From assembly GCA_963818885.1 (NCBI GenBank), contig CAWFTP010000001.1:122486-186485 (forward strand): a stretch of 64,000 bases of DNA. The letters are read 5' to 3'. Each line of letters starts with the position of its first letter. Positions within the stretch are counted from its first letter, which is position 1. This document shows, piece after piece, positions 10,135-21,323 of this stretch. The notes beneath the pieces are model-generated. The model searched no databases. It saw nothing but the letters and a program-made list of their open reading frames with translations, and was not told where the DNA came from. The position numbers were made by a program, and so were the translations under genes. Source of the DNA: an uncultured Pseudomonadota bacterium (GTDB taxonomy: Bacteria; Pseudomonadota; Alphaproteobacteria; Acetobacterales; Acetobacteraceae).

Positions 10135-11832
10135 ATGGCAAGAACCGAGCGCGACGACGGACCAGCCGCTGCACGGGTCTGGCTTCGCCAACAAACTCGT
10201 GCCGGCGCACGGGCCGCACGGCCGGTCATCGTCATGAGCCTCCTCGGATCAGCGAGTGCCATCGGGCAGGCCCTATGCGCCGCCCACATCCTCGCCGCCG
10301 CGCTGGCGGCGGGACGCCTCGCCCTTGCCCCCGTTGTTGCCTTCGCGGTCCTGGCGTTGCTGCGCGCGGGGTTTGGCTTCCTCTTGGAGCAGGCCGCCTT
10401 CGGCGCCGGCGCGGCGAGTCGGCGGCGGCTGCGCAGCGAGGTGCTGGGCGGGCTTCTGAGCACGGGTCCCGCGCTGCTTCGGGAGCGTCACTCGGCCGAC
10501 CTCGCAGCCGTGGTCGTGGACCGCATCGAGGCGCTGGACGGCTTGTTCGGACGTTGGATCCCAGCTTCCGTGCTCGCCGTTGCTGCGCCGGCGCTGGTTG
10601 TCATTGCGGTTCTTTGGGTGGACCCGCTTGCCGCCCTCGTGCTCGCGGTCTGCGGACTCTTCGTTCCGCTCGGGATGGCGCTGGCTGGGATCGGCGCCGG
10701 AATCGCCTCGCGCCGGCAGTTCCTCGCGCTGACCCGCCTGCAGGAGCGGTTCGTCGACCGGGTCCGCGGCATCGCGACGATCGTGCTGTATGGCCGGGCG
10801 GAAGATGAGGCGCGGGCACTCGCCGCGGCCGCCGCCGATCTCGGGGCGCGGACGATGCGGGTGCTGCGGGTCGCCTTTCTCTCATCGGCAGCCCTTGACC
10901 TCGCGGCGGCGGCGGCGCTTGTCGTGCTGGCGATCCGCTACGGGCTCGCGATCGCCGCGCACCGGCTAGCGAGCCCCGCATCGGCCCTGTTCGTGCTGCT
11001 GCTGGTGCCCGAGTTCTTCGCCCCATTGCGCGCTTTCTCCGCCGCCTATCAGGACCGGCTGCACGCGACCGGCGCGGCGGACGCGCTCGCTGGGCTGCCC
11101 CCCGCTCCCGCCGTTGCCCCGCCGCCTGCGCGCGCGGTGCGCACAGTGGCGGCACAGGGCGTGACGGTGGCCTTCGAGGACGTGCGACTGACCTGGGATT
11201 CCACGCGCGGCCCGGCGCTCGATGGTCTGAGCTTCCGGGTGCCGGCGGGGGAGACGCTGGTGCTCGCCGGTCCTTCGGGCGCCGGCAAGTCGACCGTGAT
11301 CGAAATTCTGCTCGGCTTCGTACGCCCCGACGCCGGGCGCGTCACTGTCAACGGCGCCGATATCGCCGATCTCGTGCCGCAGGCCCTCGCGCGCCTCACA
11401 GCCTGGGTCGGCCAGCGCCCGATGCTGTTCGCCGGCACCGTCGCCGAAAACATCCGCTTCGCCCGGCCCGAGGCGACCGACGAGGAGGTGGCGGAGGCGG
11501 CGCACGCGGCGCGTCTGACGGAGGTCGCGCAGGCGCTGCCAGGCGGATTGCAAACGCCGATCGGAGACGGCGGCTACGGACTGTCGGGCGGGCAGGCGCA
11601 GCGGGTGGCCATCGCGCGCGCGTTCCTGAAGAACGCGCCGCTGCTGCTGCTCGATGAGCCGACCGCGCATCTCGACCCGGCGACCGAGGCCGACGTGCTC
11701 GACAGCCTGCGCAAGCTTGCCCTCGGGCGCACCGTGATCCTGGCGAGCCACGCCTCGGCGGCACATGCCTTCGGTGGCAGGCGCCTCGACATCGTCGACG
11801 GCCGAGCGGTACCGGTGAGGAAAACCGCGTGA
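10135..11832 (+). CDS. cydD: Thiol reductant ABC exporter subunit CydD
   Basis: Six-TM domain plus an ABC ATPase (GPSGAGKST, LSGGQAQRVAIARA, LLLLDEP). It is paired with cydC. The ATG at 10135 is preferred over the longer GTG ORF. Confidence 0.85.
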   Translation: MARTERDDGPAAARVWLRQQTRAGARAARPVIVMSLLGSASAIGQALCAAHILAAALAAGRLALAPVVAFAVLALLRAGFGFLLEQAAFGAGAASRRRLRSEVLGGLLSTGPALLRERHSADLAAVVVDRIEALDGLFGRWIPASVLAVAAPALVVIAVLWVDPLAALVLAVCGLFVPLGMALAGIGAGIASRRQFLALTRLQERFVDRVRGIATIVLYGRAEDEARALAAAAADLGARTMRVLRVAFLSSAALDLAAAAALVVLAIRYGLAIAAHRLASPASALFVLLLVPEFFAPLRAFSAAYQDRLHATGAADALAGLPPAPAVAPPPARAVRTVAAQGVTVAFEDVRLTWDSTRGPALDGLSFRVPAGETLVLAGPSGAGKSTVIEILLGFVRPDAGRVTVNGADIADLVPQALARLTAWVGQRPMLFAGTVAENIRFARPEATDEEVAEAAHAARLTEVAQALPGGLQTPIGDGGYGLSGGQAQRVAIARAFLKNAPLLLLDEPTAHLDPATEADVLDSLRKLALGRTVILASHASAAHAFGGRRLDIVDGRAVPVRKTA

Positions 11833-13458
11833 GCCAGCTTCTTCGCATCCTCGGCTTGTGGCGGGGGCCGTCAGCTTGGCTGCTGATGGGCCTTGTGCTC
11901 GGGCTCGCCTCGCTTGCCGCGGCGGTCGGGCTGATGAGTATGGCAGGCGCCGTCGTCGGAACGGCGCTGACGGCGGGCGTGCTGATAGCGCCGATCGCCT
12001 TGCGAGGCCTGGGCGTCGCACGGGTGATGCTGCGCTACATCGAGCGGCTGGCCACCCATGCAGCGACGTTTCGTGCCCTCACCGATCTGCGGGTTTGGTT
12101 CTTCCGGGGGATCGCACGCGGTTCGGCGAGCGGGCTTGGCTTCCGCCGGGCGGGCGACGTGCTGGCGCGCCTCGTTGGCGATGTCGAAGCGCTGGACGGG
12201 CTCTATCTGCGCATCCTCGTGCCGCTCGCGGGAGCGCTCCTGCTGCTCCCGGCCGTCGTCGTGCTGCTCGCGCGGCACAGCGCACCACTCGCCGCGGTCG
12301 TCGGCGTGCTGTTCGTCCTCGCTGCCTTCGGTACTGCCTGCCATCGCGGCGCGGCTGACCGCCGACGCGGGCGTCCGGTTGGCAGAAACGGCGAGCGGCC
12401 TGCGCGTCGCCGCGCTCGACGCACTGAGCGGTCTGCGGGAGGTGCGTGCGTTCGGGGCGGAGGGGCGGATGCTGGCCGCCGTCCAGTCGCGGGAGGCAGC
12501 GCTGTTTGCGGCCCAGCGAGAGGTCGCCGCACGCACCGCGCTTGCCGGGGCCGGAGCGCTCTTGTGCGCGCAAGCGGCGATTCTCGCGGTGCTGGTCTCC
12601 GCCGCCGCCGTTCCCGCGGGTGTCATCGCCGCCGTGTTCCTCCTCGTGGCCGCGTTCGAGGCGGTCGGGGGGCTGGCCCGCGCGGGCGCGCTCGCAGGGT
12701 ACGCGATGGCTGCGGCGCGGCGCGTGCTGGAGGCGGCCGAAGCCCCCGCCGCGGTCCCCGACCCGCGCGCGCCCGCCCCGGCTCCGTCTGGGAGCGCGCT
12801 TCGCTTCGAGGGCATCCGCTTCCGCTGGCGCTCCGGCCATCCGCTGGTTTTCGACGCACTGAGCCTCGCGATGCCGCCCGGCGGCCGAGTTGCCGTCCTG
12901 GGACCCTCTGGCGCCGGCAAGTCAACTCTCGCCGCGCTCGCGCTGAAGCTCGCGGCACCCGAGGCGGGGCGAGTAACGCTCGGCGGCGTGGACATCGCGA
13001 CTTTGGCCGCGGCCGAGGTGCGGGCGCGCATCGGTTGGCTGGGGCAGGCGACGCACCTCTTCAACGACACGATTCGCGCAAACCTGCTGCTCGCCTGCCC
13101 CGACGCGGAGGAAGCGGCGCTATGGGCCGCACTCGAGGCCGCCCGGATCGCCGAGACGGTGCGCGCGCTTCCGGATGGGCTCGACACCTGGGTCGGCGAG
13201 GGCGGCGCCGGCTTTTCGGGCGGCCAGGGGCGGCGGCTCGCTCTGGCCCGCTGCCTTCTTTCGCCCGCGCCTCTGCTGATCCTGGACGAGCCCTGCGCCG
13301 GGCTCGACGCGCAGACCGAGCGGGCGTTCCTGGGCACGCTGAACGAAGCGACGCAGGGGCGAGGCGTGCTGCTGATCGCACACCGCTTGACGGGCCTGGA
13401 GCGGCTGGACCGGATTTATCGGCTCTCGGCCGGCCACGCCGTCGCGGCCGCGGCGTAG
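11829..13458 (+). pseudogene. cydC: Thiol reductant ABC exporter subunit CydC, reading frame broken near 12330-12336
   Basis: The N-terminal TM part is in the frame of 11829 (..VLFVLAAFG). It continues as LPAIAARLTADAGVRLAE...GPSGAGKSTL...FSGGQGRRLALARC...LILDEP in the frame of ORF 12058..13458. Confidence 0.8.
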
Positions 13459-13465
13459 GCGAACC

Positions 13466-14596
13466 TCAGCGCGCCAGAGGCCCGAGCGCTGCCGCGATGC
13501 CGTGCTCGCCCGGCAGCGAGCCGAGCGAAAACAGCTGCGTGACATGCCCCATCTTGCGGCGCGGCCGAGCCTCGCGCTTGCCGTAGAGGTGGGGGATGAG
13601 GCCTGGGGTCGCGAGGACCGCCGGCCACAGCGCCAGATCCTCGGGACCCACGAGATTGCGCATCACCGCGTCGGCGTGACGGGTCGCGGCCGGCAGCGGC
13701 AGGCCCGCGATGGCACGCATATGCATCTCGAACTGGCTCGCCGGACACGCATCGATCGTCCAATGACCGGAATTGTGGGGACGAGGAGCGATCTCGTTCA
13801 CCAGGACCTTGCCCCGCGCGTCCACGAACATCTCCACCGCCAGCAACCCGACCAGATCGAGCCCGACCGCGATGCGCCGCGCCAGGTCTTGCGTGCGCGC
13901 GGCGATGTCGGTGGGAATACGGGCCGGGGCGAAGGTCAGGTCTAGGATGTGATCGCGATGGCGATTCTCCACCGTGTCGAACGTCGACACCGCACCATCG
14001 GCACCACGTGCGACGATCACGCTGACCTCCATCGCGAAATCAACAAAACCTTCCAGGATCAACGGCTTGGGGGACAATGCCGCGAAGGCGCGCGGGACGT
14101 CGGCGCGGTTGGTGAGGCACATCTGGCCCTTGCCGTCATAGCCATAGCGGGTGGTCTTCAGGATCGCTGGCAGGCCGATCCGGGCGACCGCATCCTCCAA
14201 CTCCTGAACGCTCGACACGCGCGCCCAATGGGTCGTCGGCACGCCGGACGCGTTGAGGAACCCTTTCTCCAACACCCTGTCCTGGCTGATCCGCAGCACC
14301 GCGGGGGACGGGCGCACCGGCCGGATCGAGGCCAGCAGATCGAGCCCCTCCGCGCTCACATTCTCGAACTCGAAGCTGACGACGTCGACCGCCTCGGCGA
14401 ATTCCCGCAGGCTCTTCGGATCCGTGTAATCGCTGATCGTGCTGGCGGCCGCGACCTGGGTTGCCGGGCTGCCCGGCTCACGCGTCAAGATATGGCAGCG
14501 ATAGCCGAGCCGGGCGGCGGCGAGGGCAGACATGCGACCGAGCTGCCCACCGCCGACCAGGCCGATGACGGAATTCGGCGCCAGCGGAAAGCTCAT
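13466..14596 (-). CDS. purK: 5-(carboxyamino)imidazole ribonucleotide synthase
   Basis: 376 aa with an ATP-grasp fold (GGGQLGRM...YGYDGKGQ...). Translationally coupled to purE. Confidence 0.95.
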   Translation of the reverse strand: MSFPLAPNSVIGLVGGGQLGRMSALAAARLGYRCHILTREPGSPATQVAAASTISDYTDPKSLREFAEAVDVVSFEFENVSAEGLDLLASIRPVRPSPAVLRISQDRVLEKGFLNASGVPTTHWARVSSVQELEDAVARIGLPAILKTTRYGYDGKGQMCLTNRADVPRAFAALSPKPLILEGFVDFAMEVSVIVARGADGAVSTFDTVENRHRDHILDLTFAPARIPTDIAARTQDLARRIAVGLDLVGLLAVEMFVDARGKVLVNEIAPRPHNSGHWTIDACPASQFEMHMRAIAGLPLPAATRHADAVMRNLVGPEDLALWPAVLATPGLIPHLYGKREARPRRKMGHVTQLFSLGSLPGEHGIAAALGPLAR

Positions 14597-15090
14597 GAAG
14601 GGTCGAATGGCACGTCAGCGACCGCCTCGGTCTGCGCCGCGCGCCAAGCATCCAGGCGCGCGGCGAGCGCTGGATCGGCCAACGCCAGGATCGCGGCCGC
14701 AAGCAAGGCGGCATTGATCGCGCCGGCGCGCCCGATTGCGAGCGTGCCGACCGGTATCCCGCCTGGCATCTGGACGATGGACAGGAGGCTGTCCACGCCC
14801 TTCAGCGTATGGCCCTCGACCGGCACGCCCAGCACCGGCAGGGACGTCCACGCGGCGCACATGCCCGGCAGATGCGCCGCTCCACCCGCGCCTGCCACGA
14901 TCACCCGCAAGCCGCGATCGCGGGCGCTGCTGGCGTAGCTACGCAGGCGATCCGGGGTTCGGTGGGCGGAGACGACCCGCGTCTCGTGGGGGATATCGAG
15001 CTGGGCGAGGGTATCCGCCGTGTGGCCCAACGTCGCCCAGTCCGAGCGGCTGCCCATGATGACGCCGACTAGCGGCGGAGAGGCGCTCAT
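14593..15090 (-). CDS. purE: 5-(carboxyamino)imidazole ribonucleotide mutase
   Basis: [11 protein letters not shown]...SAHRTP...[13 protein letters not shown] motifs. The ATG at 15090 forms an ATGA overlap with the upstream DUF465 gene. Confidence 0.95.
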   Translation of the reverse strand: MSASPPLVGVIMGSRSDWATLGHTADTLAQLDIPHETRVVSAHRTPDRLRSYASSARDRGLRVIVAGAGGAAHLPGMCAAWTSLPVLGVPVEGHTLKGVDSLLSIVQMPGGIPVGTLAIGRAGAINAALLAAAILALADPALAARLDAWRAAQTEAVADVPFDPS

Positions 15091-15290
15091 GCGATATCGT
15101 CTGGAATCAGGCGGTTCTCCAGCCAAGCGATCTCGTCCTTCAGCATCAGCTTGCGCTTCTTGAGGCGTTGGATCTGAATCTGGTCGACGGCGCCCTGCTC
15201 CGCAAGGCGGGCGATCACGGTGTCGAGATCGCGATGCTCGCTGCGAAGCTCATGTACCCGCCGAAGCAACGAATCTCGATCCGTCAGCAT
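15087..15290 (-). CDS. DUF465 (YdcH-like) family protein
   Basis: 67 aa from the ATG at 15290: [29 protein letters not shown]...[16 protein letters not shown], the typical DUF465 pattern. Confidence 0.75.
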   Translation of the reverse strand: MLTDRDSLLRRVHELRSEHRDLDTVIARLAEQGAVDQIQIQRLKKRKLMLKDEIAWLENRLIPDDIA

Positions 15291-15422
15291 GATGTAACCA
15301 TCGCGCAACCAGGGACGAGCCGCCCACGGATTCTTTCCTCGCACGCTACCCGCGGGTTGTGATTTGATCGGCCCGGCCACATGTCAGGCCAGCGGCATAG
15401 AGCCCCAGCCGAAGGAGGGTAC

Positions 15423-15602
15423 ATGAGCCTGCAAGTCCACCTCGAATCCCTGAGGGAGCGCCATGCGGCGCTGGAGGACCGGATCAGCGATGAGGACCGC
15501 CGCCCCAGGCCCGATAGCGACGTCTTGACCAGGCTCAAGATCGAAAAGTTGCACATCAAGGAGGAGATCGAGCGCCTCCAATCGGCTGGGGAGACCGTCT
15601 AG
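15423..15602 (+). CDS. DUF465 (YdcH-like) family protein
   Basis: MSLQVHLESLRERHAALEDRISDE...TRLKIEKLHIKEEIERL, with a strong SD (aaggaggg) upstream of the ATG at 15423. Confidence 0.75.
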   Translation: MSLQVHLESLRERHAALEDRISDEDRRPRPDSDVLTRLKIEKLHIKEEIERLQSAGETV

Positions 15603-16177
15603 GCCGCTTCGTCGGCTTCCGGCGGCGGAGGCTGCGGCACCGCGTGCCCCTCCCGCTCCAACCGATCGTTCGCTGCGGCTACCGCCGCGTTCAGGTCGGT
15701 CTGGCTACACAGGCCCAGGATCACGGGGTCGCGGGGTTTGATGTTTGCGCTGTTCCAGTGTGATTTTTCCCGAATCTTCTGAATCGTCTCTTTCGTCGTT
15801 CCCAGCAACTTACCGACCTGCGCCTCGGTGAGTTGCGGGAAGTTCCGTAGCAGGAAAGCGATCGCATCAGGCCGGTCGTTGCGCTTCGCTACCGGCGTAT
15901 AGCGTCCACCACGGGTCCGCTTCGGCTGCGGCAGGGTGCTGGGTAGGACCTTCAGCCGCGCCTCCGGATCTGCCTCGCACCGCCTAATCTCCGCTGGGTC
16001 CAACTGGGCGTTGGCGACGGGGTCGTACCCCACGATCCCCTGCGCGACCTCGCCGTCCGCGATGGCCTGCACCTCAAGCGGGTGCATGCCGCAGAACTCC
16101 GCGATCTGCGTGAACGTGAGCGCCGTCTTGTCGATCAGCCACACCGCCGTGGCTTTCGGCATCAATGGCAGAGTCAT
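15599..16177 (-). CDS. DUF1013 family protein (TrcR-like cell-cycle regulator family)
   Basis: The N-terminus MTLPLMPKATAVWLIDKTALTFTQIAEFCGMHPLEVQAIADGEVA is characteristic of alphaproteobacterial DUF1013. Confidence 0.8.
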   Translation of the reverse strand: MTLPLMPKATAVWLIDKTALTFTQIAEFCGMHPLEVQAIADGEVAQGIVGYDPVANAQLDPAEIRRCEADPEARLKVLPSTLPQPKRTRGGRYTPVAKRNDRPDAIAFLLRNFPQLTEAQVGKLLGTTKETIQKIREKSHWNSANIKPRDPVILGLCSQTDLNAAVAAANDRLEREGHAVPQPPPPEADEAA

Positions 16178-16329
16178 GCTATTTCACCTTCAAGCCCGCA
16201 TCGGCAGCCGTTCGATCCGGAGCGCCTGGCGCGAGGAAGGATGAACGCGCTGTGGCAGCGGGCAGGCAGGGGATATGACGGTCGGCCGCTTGCAGGTCAA
16301 GGCCGGACTGGCAACGATCGGAGGGTAAA

Positions 16330-16521
16330 ATGCTTGAGGATGAGGCCGCTGAGCCACGCCGGCCGGCCCGGCTGGAGAAGCTGGTGCTCGATCCGCTGAG
16401 CGTGGACGAGCTCCACGCCTATATCGGGGAGCTCCAAGCGGAGATCAGCCGCGTCGAAGCCGATATCGCCCGCAAGCAGAGTCATCGCAATGCCGCCGAT
16501 GCGTTCTTTCGGCGCCCCTAA
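16330..16521 (+). CDS. DUF1192 family protein
   Basis: 63 aa. LSVDELHAYIGELQAEISRVEADIARKQSHRNAADAFF is the DUF1192 signature. Confidence 0.7.
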   Translation: MLEDEAAEPRRPARLEKLVLDPLSVDELHAYIGELQAEISRVEADIARKQSHRNAADAFFRRP

Positions 16522-16645
16522 TCGCGCATGAACAATAGGAACTCTCGCGTCCTTATGAGGATTTGGAAACAAACGGCCGCCCAGCATCGAGCTTTGACGC
16601 GCTAGGCCGCGGAAGCGGCTCTGCTTGCGAACAAGGAGAAAGGCA

Positions 16646-17347
16646 ATGGCTGACGTTGCGGAGTTCAGGGATTTCCAGCTGGTGGAGACCCACCAATCGT
16701 GGACTCCCGGGGGTCCGGTCGCCTCACGGCTCCCCGACCCGGAGATCGATGTCCTCGAAGGGCGCGCGGCGGCGACAATGGGGGAGCCAAGCACGCTCGG
16801 CCTGTTCGGCCTCGCGACTGGCACCTGGCTGGCAGGCGTTGTCTTCGGCGGATTTGTCACAGCCGCCGCCGAGCCGGCACTTGGCGTCCTCCTGGTACTG
16901 TTTGCGGGAATCGCCCAATTCATTGCCGGCTTGTACGCATTCCGCCGTATGAATACGCTAACAGCAAGCATGTTCTGCTGCTTCGGCGCTCTTTATGTCG
17001 TCGCAGGGCTAATGCTGCTTGCGGCGGCCGGCGGAGTCACTCCCAGAGTGCCGGCTAGCTCGGATATGCTTGCCCTGCTGTTCATCTCGTTCGGCTTTAT
17101 CTCGCTCGCCTTCCTGGCGGCGTCGGTGAGCCGGAACGGGGTGCTGATGGGGATCATGCTGTTCCTCGCGGCGGGCTACACGCTCACGGGCATCAGCCTG
17201 TTGACGACGGGTGCCGGCGGCGGCGTGGCGACGGCGGCCGGGATCGTGCTCTTCATCTCCGCCTTCCTTGCTTACTATCTCGGCATGGCGCTGGTGGTGA
17301 ACAGCTCCTGGAAGCGGACGATCCTGCCGGTCATCGGCGAGGCATAA
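16646..17347 (+). CDS. GPR1/FUN34/YaaH (acetate/succinate uptake SatP-like) family membrane protein
   Basis: Six predicted TM segments with an N-terminal ..GEPSTLGLFGLA motif resembling NPxPLGL. The start is taken at the ATG of MADVAEF. Confidence 0.7.
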   Translation: MADVAEFRDFQLVETHQSWTPGGPVASRLPDPEIDVLEGRAAATMGEPSTLGLFGLATGTWLAGVVFGGFVTAAAEPALGVLLVLFAGIAQFIAGLYAFRRMNTLTASMFCCFGALYVVAGLMLLAAAGGVTPRVPASSDMLALLFISFGFISLAFLAASVSRNGVLMGIMLFLAAGYTLTGISLLTTGAGGGVATAAGIVLFISAFLAYYLGMALVVNSSWKRTILPVIGEA

Positions 17348-17354
17348 GAAGCAC

Positions 17355-19229
17355 TCAGGCGACGAGGGGCGCGCGCTCCATCGCGGCGCGCGCCCACGCC
17401 TCGCCCGCATCCTCGTCGAACAATTCGGTCAGCTTCTTCATCATGGTCCCGCCGAGTTCCTCGGCGTCGACGATGGTAACGGCGCGGCGATAGTAGCGGG
17501 TGACGTCATGGCCGATGCCGATCGCGATCAGCTCCACTTGGTCCCGCGATTCGACCTCCCGGATCACCTCGCGCAGGTGCTTTTCCAGGTAGTTCCCGGG
17601 GTTCACCGATAGGGTGGAGTCGTCGACCGGGGCACCGTCGCTGATCACCATCAGGATGCGCCGGTGTTCCGGGCGGCCGAACAGGCGGCGGTAGGCGAAG
17701 AGCAGCGCCTCGCCGTCGATGTTCTCCTTCAGCAGCCCTTCGCGCAGCATCAGGCCGAGATTCTTGCGCGCCCGCCGCCACGGCGCATCCGCCGACTTGT
17801 AGATGATGTGGCGCAGGTCATTCAGCCGGCCCGGATTACGCGGCTTGCCGTCCTGCACCCATTTCTCCCGGCTCTGGCCGCCTTTCCAGGCCCGCGTGGT
17901 GAAGCCCAGCACTTCCACCTTGACGGCGCAGCGTTCCAGCGTGCGGGCCAGGATGTCGGCGCACATCGCTGCGACCGTGATCGGCCGCCCCCGCATCGAC
18001 CCCGAATTGTCGATCAGCAGCGTGACCACCGTATCGCGGAACGCCGTCTCCAGCTCGCGCTTGTAGGAGAGAGCGTGCATCGGGTTTGCGACCACCCGCG
18101 AGAGGCGGCCGGCGTCGAGCAACCCCTCCTCCAGGTCGAACTCCCAAGACCGCTGCTGCTGAGCCATCAGGCGGCGTTGCAGCCGGTTGGCAAGCTTGGA
18201 GATGACGCCCTGCAGATGCTGGAGCTGCTGGTCGAGCTGCTGGCGCAGGCGGGTCAGCTCCTCGGGATCGCAGAGATCCTCGGCGGCGATCTCTTCGTCG
18301 AAGATGCGGGTATAGGCGCGATAGATTGCGTCGTGATCGGGATTAGGGCGCTCGCGCCGCGGCTGCGGACCGCCCGGGCGGTCGTCGCCTTCGGCAATCG
18401 CCGCTTCCTCCTCGCTTTCGTCGCCCTCGTCATCGGCGGCTTCGCCCTGCATCTCCTCGGGCTGGGCGCCAGCCATGCTCTCAGCATCCGATTCTGATTG
18501 TCCCTCGCCCTCTTGGTTGTCCTGCTGGCTGGACTGCTCGCCGCCCTCCTCGCCCTCTTCGTTTTGGTCCTCTGGGTCTGTATCGGCCTCCGCCTCGGCG
18601 AGCTGGAGCGCCGCCAACAGCTTGCGGGCGGCGCGGGTGAAGGCGCGCTGGTCCGTCCGGGTGCGGCCAAGTTCGGACAGGGCTTCCTCAGCGCCTTCAC
18701 CGAGCGTGCCGCGCCAGAGGTCGAGCACCTGGCGGGCGGGCTCCGGCGCCGGTTCGCCCGACATGCGCTCGCGCGCGAGCAGCGCTAGCGCGGCGGCAAT
18801 CGGCAGCTGGTCGCGCCGCGTCATCCGGTCGTAGCCTTCCGCCTCGCACTCCTCGGTCAGCTTGGAGCGAAGGTTAGCGGCAACGCCGGCCATGTGCTGC
18901 GCGCCGACGACCTCCACCCGCACCTGCTCGAGCGCATCGTAGGCGTCCTTCGCCTCCCGCCGCGCCGGCATTTTCGCGTTGTGCACGGCGTCGTCGTGAT
19001 GGCGCAGGCGCAACGCGATCGCGTCCGACGCGCCGCGAAGCTTGGCCATTTCGCTCGTGGGCAGGGCACGGGTCGGCAGCGGCAGACGTGCGCGCTTCCC
19101 TGAAACACCCGAGGGTCCCGGCTGGAAGTTCACCTGCACGTCGGGCTGCTCGGCGATCGCGCGCAAAACACCGACGGTCGCGCGTTTGAACTCCTCCGCG
19201 CGGGCGCTGTCCTTGGTGGTGCCGCTCAC
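17355..19229 (-). CDS. cobT: CobT-like cobaltochelatase subunit (VWA domain protein)
   Basis: 624 aa with a central acidic low-complexity region and a C-terminal VWA domain ([14 protein letters not shown]...). It sits directly downstream of cobS. Confidence 0.85.
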   Translation of the reverse strand: MSGTTKDSARAEEFKRATVGVLRAIAEQPDVQVNFQPGPSGVSGKRARLPLPTRALPTSEMAKLRGASDAIALRLRHHDDAVHNAKMPARREAKDAYDALEQVRVEVVGAQHMAGVAANLRSKLTEECEAEGYDRMTRRDQLPIAAALALLARERMSGEPAPEPARQVLDLWRGTLGEGAEEALSELGRTRTDQRAFTRAARKLLAALQLAEAEADTDPEDQNEEGEEGGEQSSQQDNQEGEGQSESDAESMAGAQPEEMQGEAADDEGDESEEEAAIAEGDDRPGGPQPRRERPNPDHDAIYRAYTRIFDEEIAAEDLCDPEELTRLRQQLDQQLQHLQGVISKLANRLQRRLMAQQQRSWEFDLEEGLLDAGRLSRVVANPMHALSYKRELETAFRDTVVTLLIDNSGSMRGRPITVAAMCADILARTLERCAVKVEVLGFTTRAWKGGQSREKWVQDGKPRNPGRLNDLRHIIYKSADAPWRRARKNLGLMLREGLLKENIDGEALLFAYRRLFGRPEHRRILMVISDGAPVDDSTLSVNPGNYLEKHLREVIREVESRDQVELIAIGIGHDVTRYYRRAVTIVDAEELGGTMMKKLTELFDEDAGEAWARAAMERAPLVA

Positions 19230-19230
19230 T

Positions 19231-20241
19231 TCAGCCCTGCCGGACGCCCATCAGCCCTGTCGGCAGCTCTTCGTTGAAACAGCGCTGGTAGTATTCGGCG
19301 ACCGTCGCGCGCTCCGCCTCGTCGCACTTGTTCAGGAACGTCATCCGAAACGCGAAGCCGATATCGGAGAAGATGCGGGAATTCTCGGCCCAGGTGATGA
19401 CGGTGCGCGGGGACATGACGGTGGAGATGTCGCCGTTGATGAAGCCCGCGCGCGTCAGGTCGGCAAGCGCGACCATCGATTCCACCCGCTTCTTCATCCC
19501 GGGCTCCTTTCCCTCTTCCCCCATCTTGGCGAGAATGATTCCGGTCTCCAGCGCGTGCGGCAGGTAGTTGAGTGTCGCAACGATGTTCCAGCGGTCCATC
19601 TGGCCCTGATTGATCTGCTGGGTGCCGTGATAAAGGCCGGTCGTGTCGCCCAGGCCCACCGTGTTGGCCGTGGAGAACAGGCGGAACGACGGGTGCGGGC
19701 GGATCACCCGGTTCTGGTCGAGCAGGGTGAGCTTGCCCTCGACCTCCAGAACGCGCTGGATCACGAACATCACGTCCGGTCGTCCGGCGTCGTACTCGTC
19801 GAACACCAGCGTACAGGCGTGCTGCAGCGCCCAGGGCAGGATGCCCTCGCGGAACTCGGTCACCTGCTTGCCGTCGCGCAGGACGATCGCATCCTTGCCG
19901 ATCAGATCGATGCGGCTGATATGGCTGTCCAGATTGACCCGGATGCAGGGCCAGTTCAGCCGCGCCGCCACCTGCTCGATATGCGTCGACTTGCCCGTGC
20001 CGTGATAGCCCTGGATCATGACGCGGCGGTTGAAAGCGAAACCGGCGAGAATCGCGAGCGTGGTCTCGCGGTCGAACTTGTAGGCGGTGTCGACGTCGGG
20101 CACGTGCTCGGTGCGGATCGAGAAGGCGGGCACAACCATGTTGGTCTCGATCTCGAACGCCTCGCGTGCGGAGATCTCGGTATCGGGCAGGTCGATGGCC
20201 GACGTAGGACGGATGTCGGCGAGGGCGGCGACCTTGTTCAT
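19231..20241 (-). CDS. cobS: CobS-like cobaltochelatase subunit (MoxR-type AAA+ ATPase)
   Basis: 336 aa with Walker [15 protein letters not shown] and Walker [10 protein letters not shown]. Typical alphaproteobacterial CobS. Confidence 0.9.
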   Translation of the reverse strand: MNKVAALADIRPTSAIDLPDTEISAREAFEIETNMVVPAFSIRTEHVPDVDTAYKFDRETTLAILAGFAFNRRVMIQGYHGTGKSTHIEQVAARLNWPCIRVNLDSHISRIDLIGKDAIVLRDGKQVTEFREGILPWALQHACTLVFDEYDAGRPDVMFVIQRVLEVEGKLTLLDQNRVIRPHPSFRLFSTANTVGLGDTTGLYHGTQQINQGQMDRWNIVATLNYLPHALETGIILAKMGEEGKEPGMKKRVESMVALADLTRAGFINGDISTVMSPRTVITWAENSRIFSDIGFAFRMTFLNKCDEAERATVAEYYQRCFNEELPTGLMGVRQG

Positions 20242-20296
20242 CAGCCAGCGTGTCCTTTTCGTTCGTGCGCGAGTTTAGGCCGCGCGACCGGCCTGT

Positions 20297-20893
20297 TCAA
20301 CCGGCGGCGGCGAAGCCGGTTTCCTGTAAAAGCCGCGAGCGCAGCGCCGCATAGGCGAGGTTGATCAGCTTGAAACGCTCCTCCGCCGCGGGATCGCCGC
20401 GGTTGGCGTCCGGATGGGTGGCCTTCGCGAGCTCCTTGTAGCGGGTCTTCAGCGTCTCCAACGTCACCGGCCAGGACAGGCCGAGCGTGGAAAGCGGCTC
20501 GCGCAACTCCGCCGGCGGATGCCGTCCCGCGTGCTGCTCGGCGGCTTTGCGGCGCAGTCGGCCGGCATCAAGGATGTGCAGCGGGTCGCTGAATGCCTCG
20601 CTCTCCGAGGTCGTCCGGCCCAGACGTCCGAGCGGCCAGCTTGGCCGCTGCCAAGCGGAATCGCGGCGCAGCTCCATCTCGATCTGCCCCGGCGTCATTC
20701 CCTTGTAGTAGTCCCAGGCAGCGTTGTAGGCGCGCACGTGCTCGAGGCAGAACCACCAATACTGCCGAAGGTCGGCGCGCGACTTCGGGGCGCGGTACTC
20801 GCCCATGGCGCCGCATCCGGGCATGTCGCAGTGCCGGCCGGGCGCCGCCGGGTCGGGTGCGTAGGCCCGGGGTCGCGAATGGCGGCGGGGCAT
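20297..20893 (-). CDS. J-domain (DnaJ-like) protein
   Basis: C-terminal J domain (LKTRYKELAKATHPDANRGDPAAEERFKLINLAYAAL) and Cys-containing N-terminal part (CDMPGC...WWFCLEHV). The start is taken at MPRRHSR. Confidence 0.75.
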   Translation of the reverse strand: MPRRHSRPRAYAPDPAAPGRHCDMPGCGAMGEYRAPKSRADLRQYWWFCLEHVRAYNAAWDYYKGMTPGQIEMELRRDSAWQRPSWPLGRLGRTTSESEAFSDPLHILDAGRLRRKAAEQHAGRHPPAELREPLSTLGLSWPVTLETLKTRYKELAKATHPDANRGDPAAEERFKLINLAYAALRSRLLQETGFAAAG

Positions 20894-20962
20894 GATCGCG
20901 TCATATGGACGCCGGCCGCCGGGATTGGCAATGGGCTTGGCGCGTGCGCGATGCGGGGCGAT

Positions 20963-21271
20963 ATGGCTGGTATGCAAGTTCCTCGGGCAAGCCGGGCCGC
21001 CCGGCTGGAAGCGGTGCTGCGCGAGTTTTTCGCGCCGGCGTCGCTCAGGATCATCGACGATAGCGCGCGGCATGCAGGCCACGCTGGCGCCCGTCCGGAG
21101 GGTGAGACGCACTACTCAGTCTTGGTCGTCGCGAAGGCGTTCCATGGGATGAACCGGGTTGCGCGCTCCCGGGCTGTGCATCAGGCGGTGGCCGCCGAGT
21201 TCGACACCGGCCTGCATGCGCTGTCGCTCACGCTACGTACCCCGGAGGAGGTCGCCACCCAACCGGAGTAG
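20963..21271 (+). CDS. BolA family protein
   Basis: SLRIIDDSARHAGHAG...THYSVLVVAKAFHGMNRVARSRAVHQAV is a BolA fold signature. It is divergent from the J-protein gene. Confidence 0.8.
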   Translation: MAGMQVPRASRAARLEAVLREFFAPASLRIIDDSARHAGHAGARPEGETHYSVLVVAKAFHGMNRVARSRAVHQAVAAEFDTGLHALSLTLRTPEEVATQPE

Positions 21272-21323
21272 AATCTTCTCTGCTCTAGCGGTATACGGCG
21301 CATCCGGAGAACGGGAGTGGCGA

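Noticed and set aside
10966-13337. Long minus-strand ORFs (351 aa and 488 aa) over cydD/cydC
   Set aside because: They are antisense to ABC transporter genes with canonical Walker and signature motifs, and are Arg/Ala-rich artefacts.
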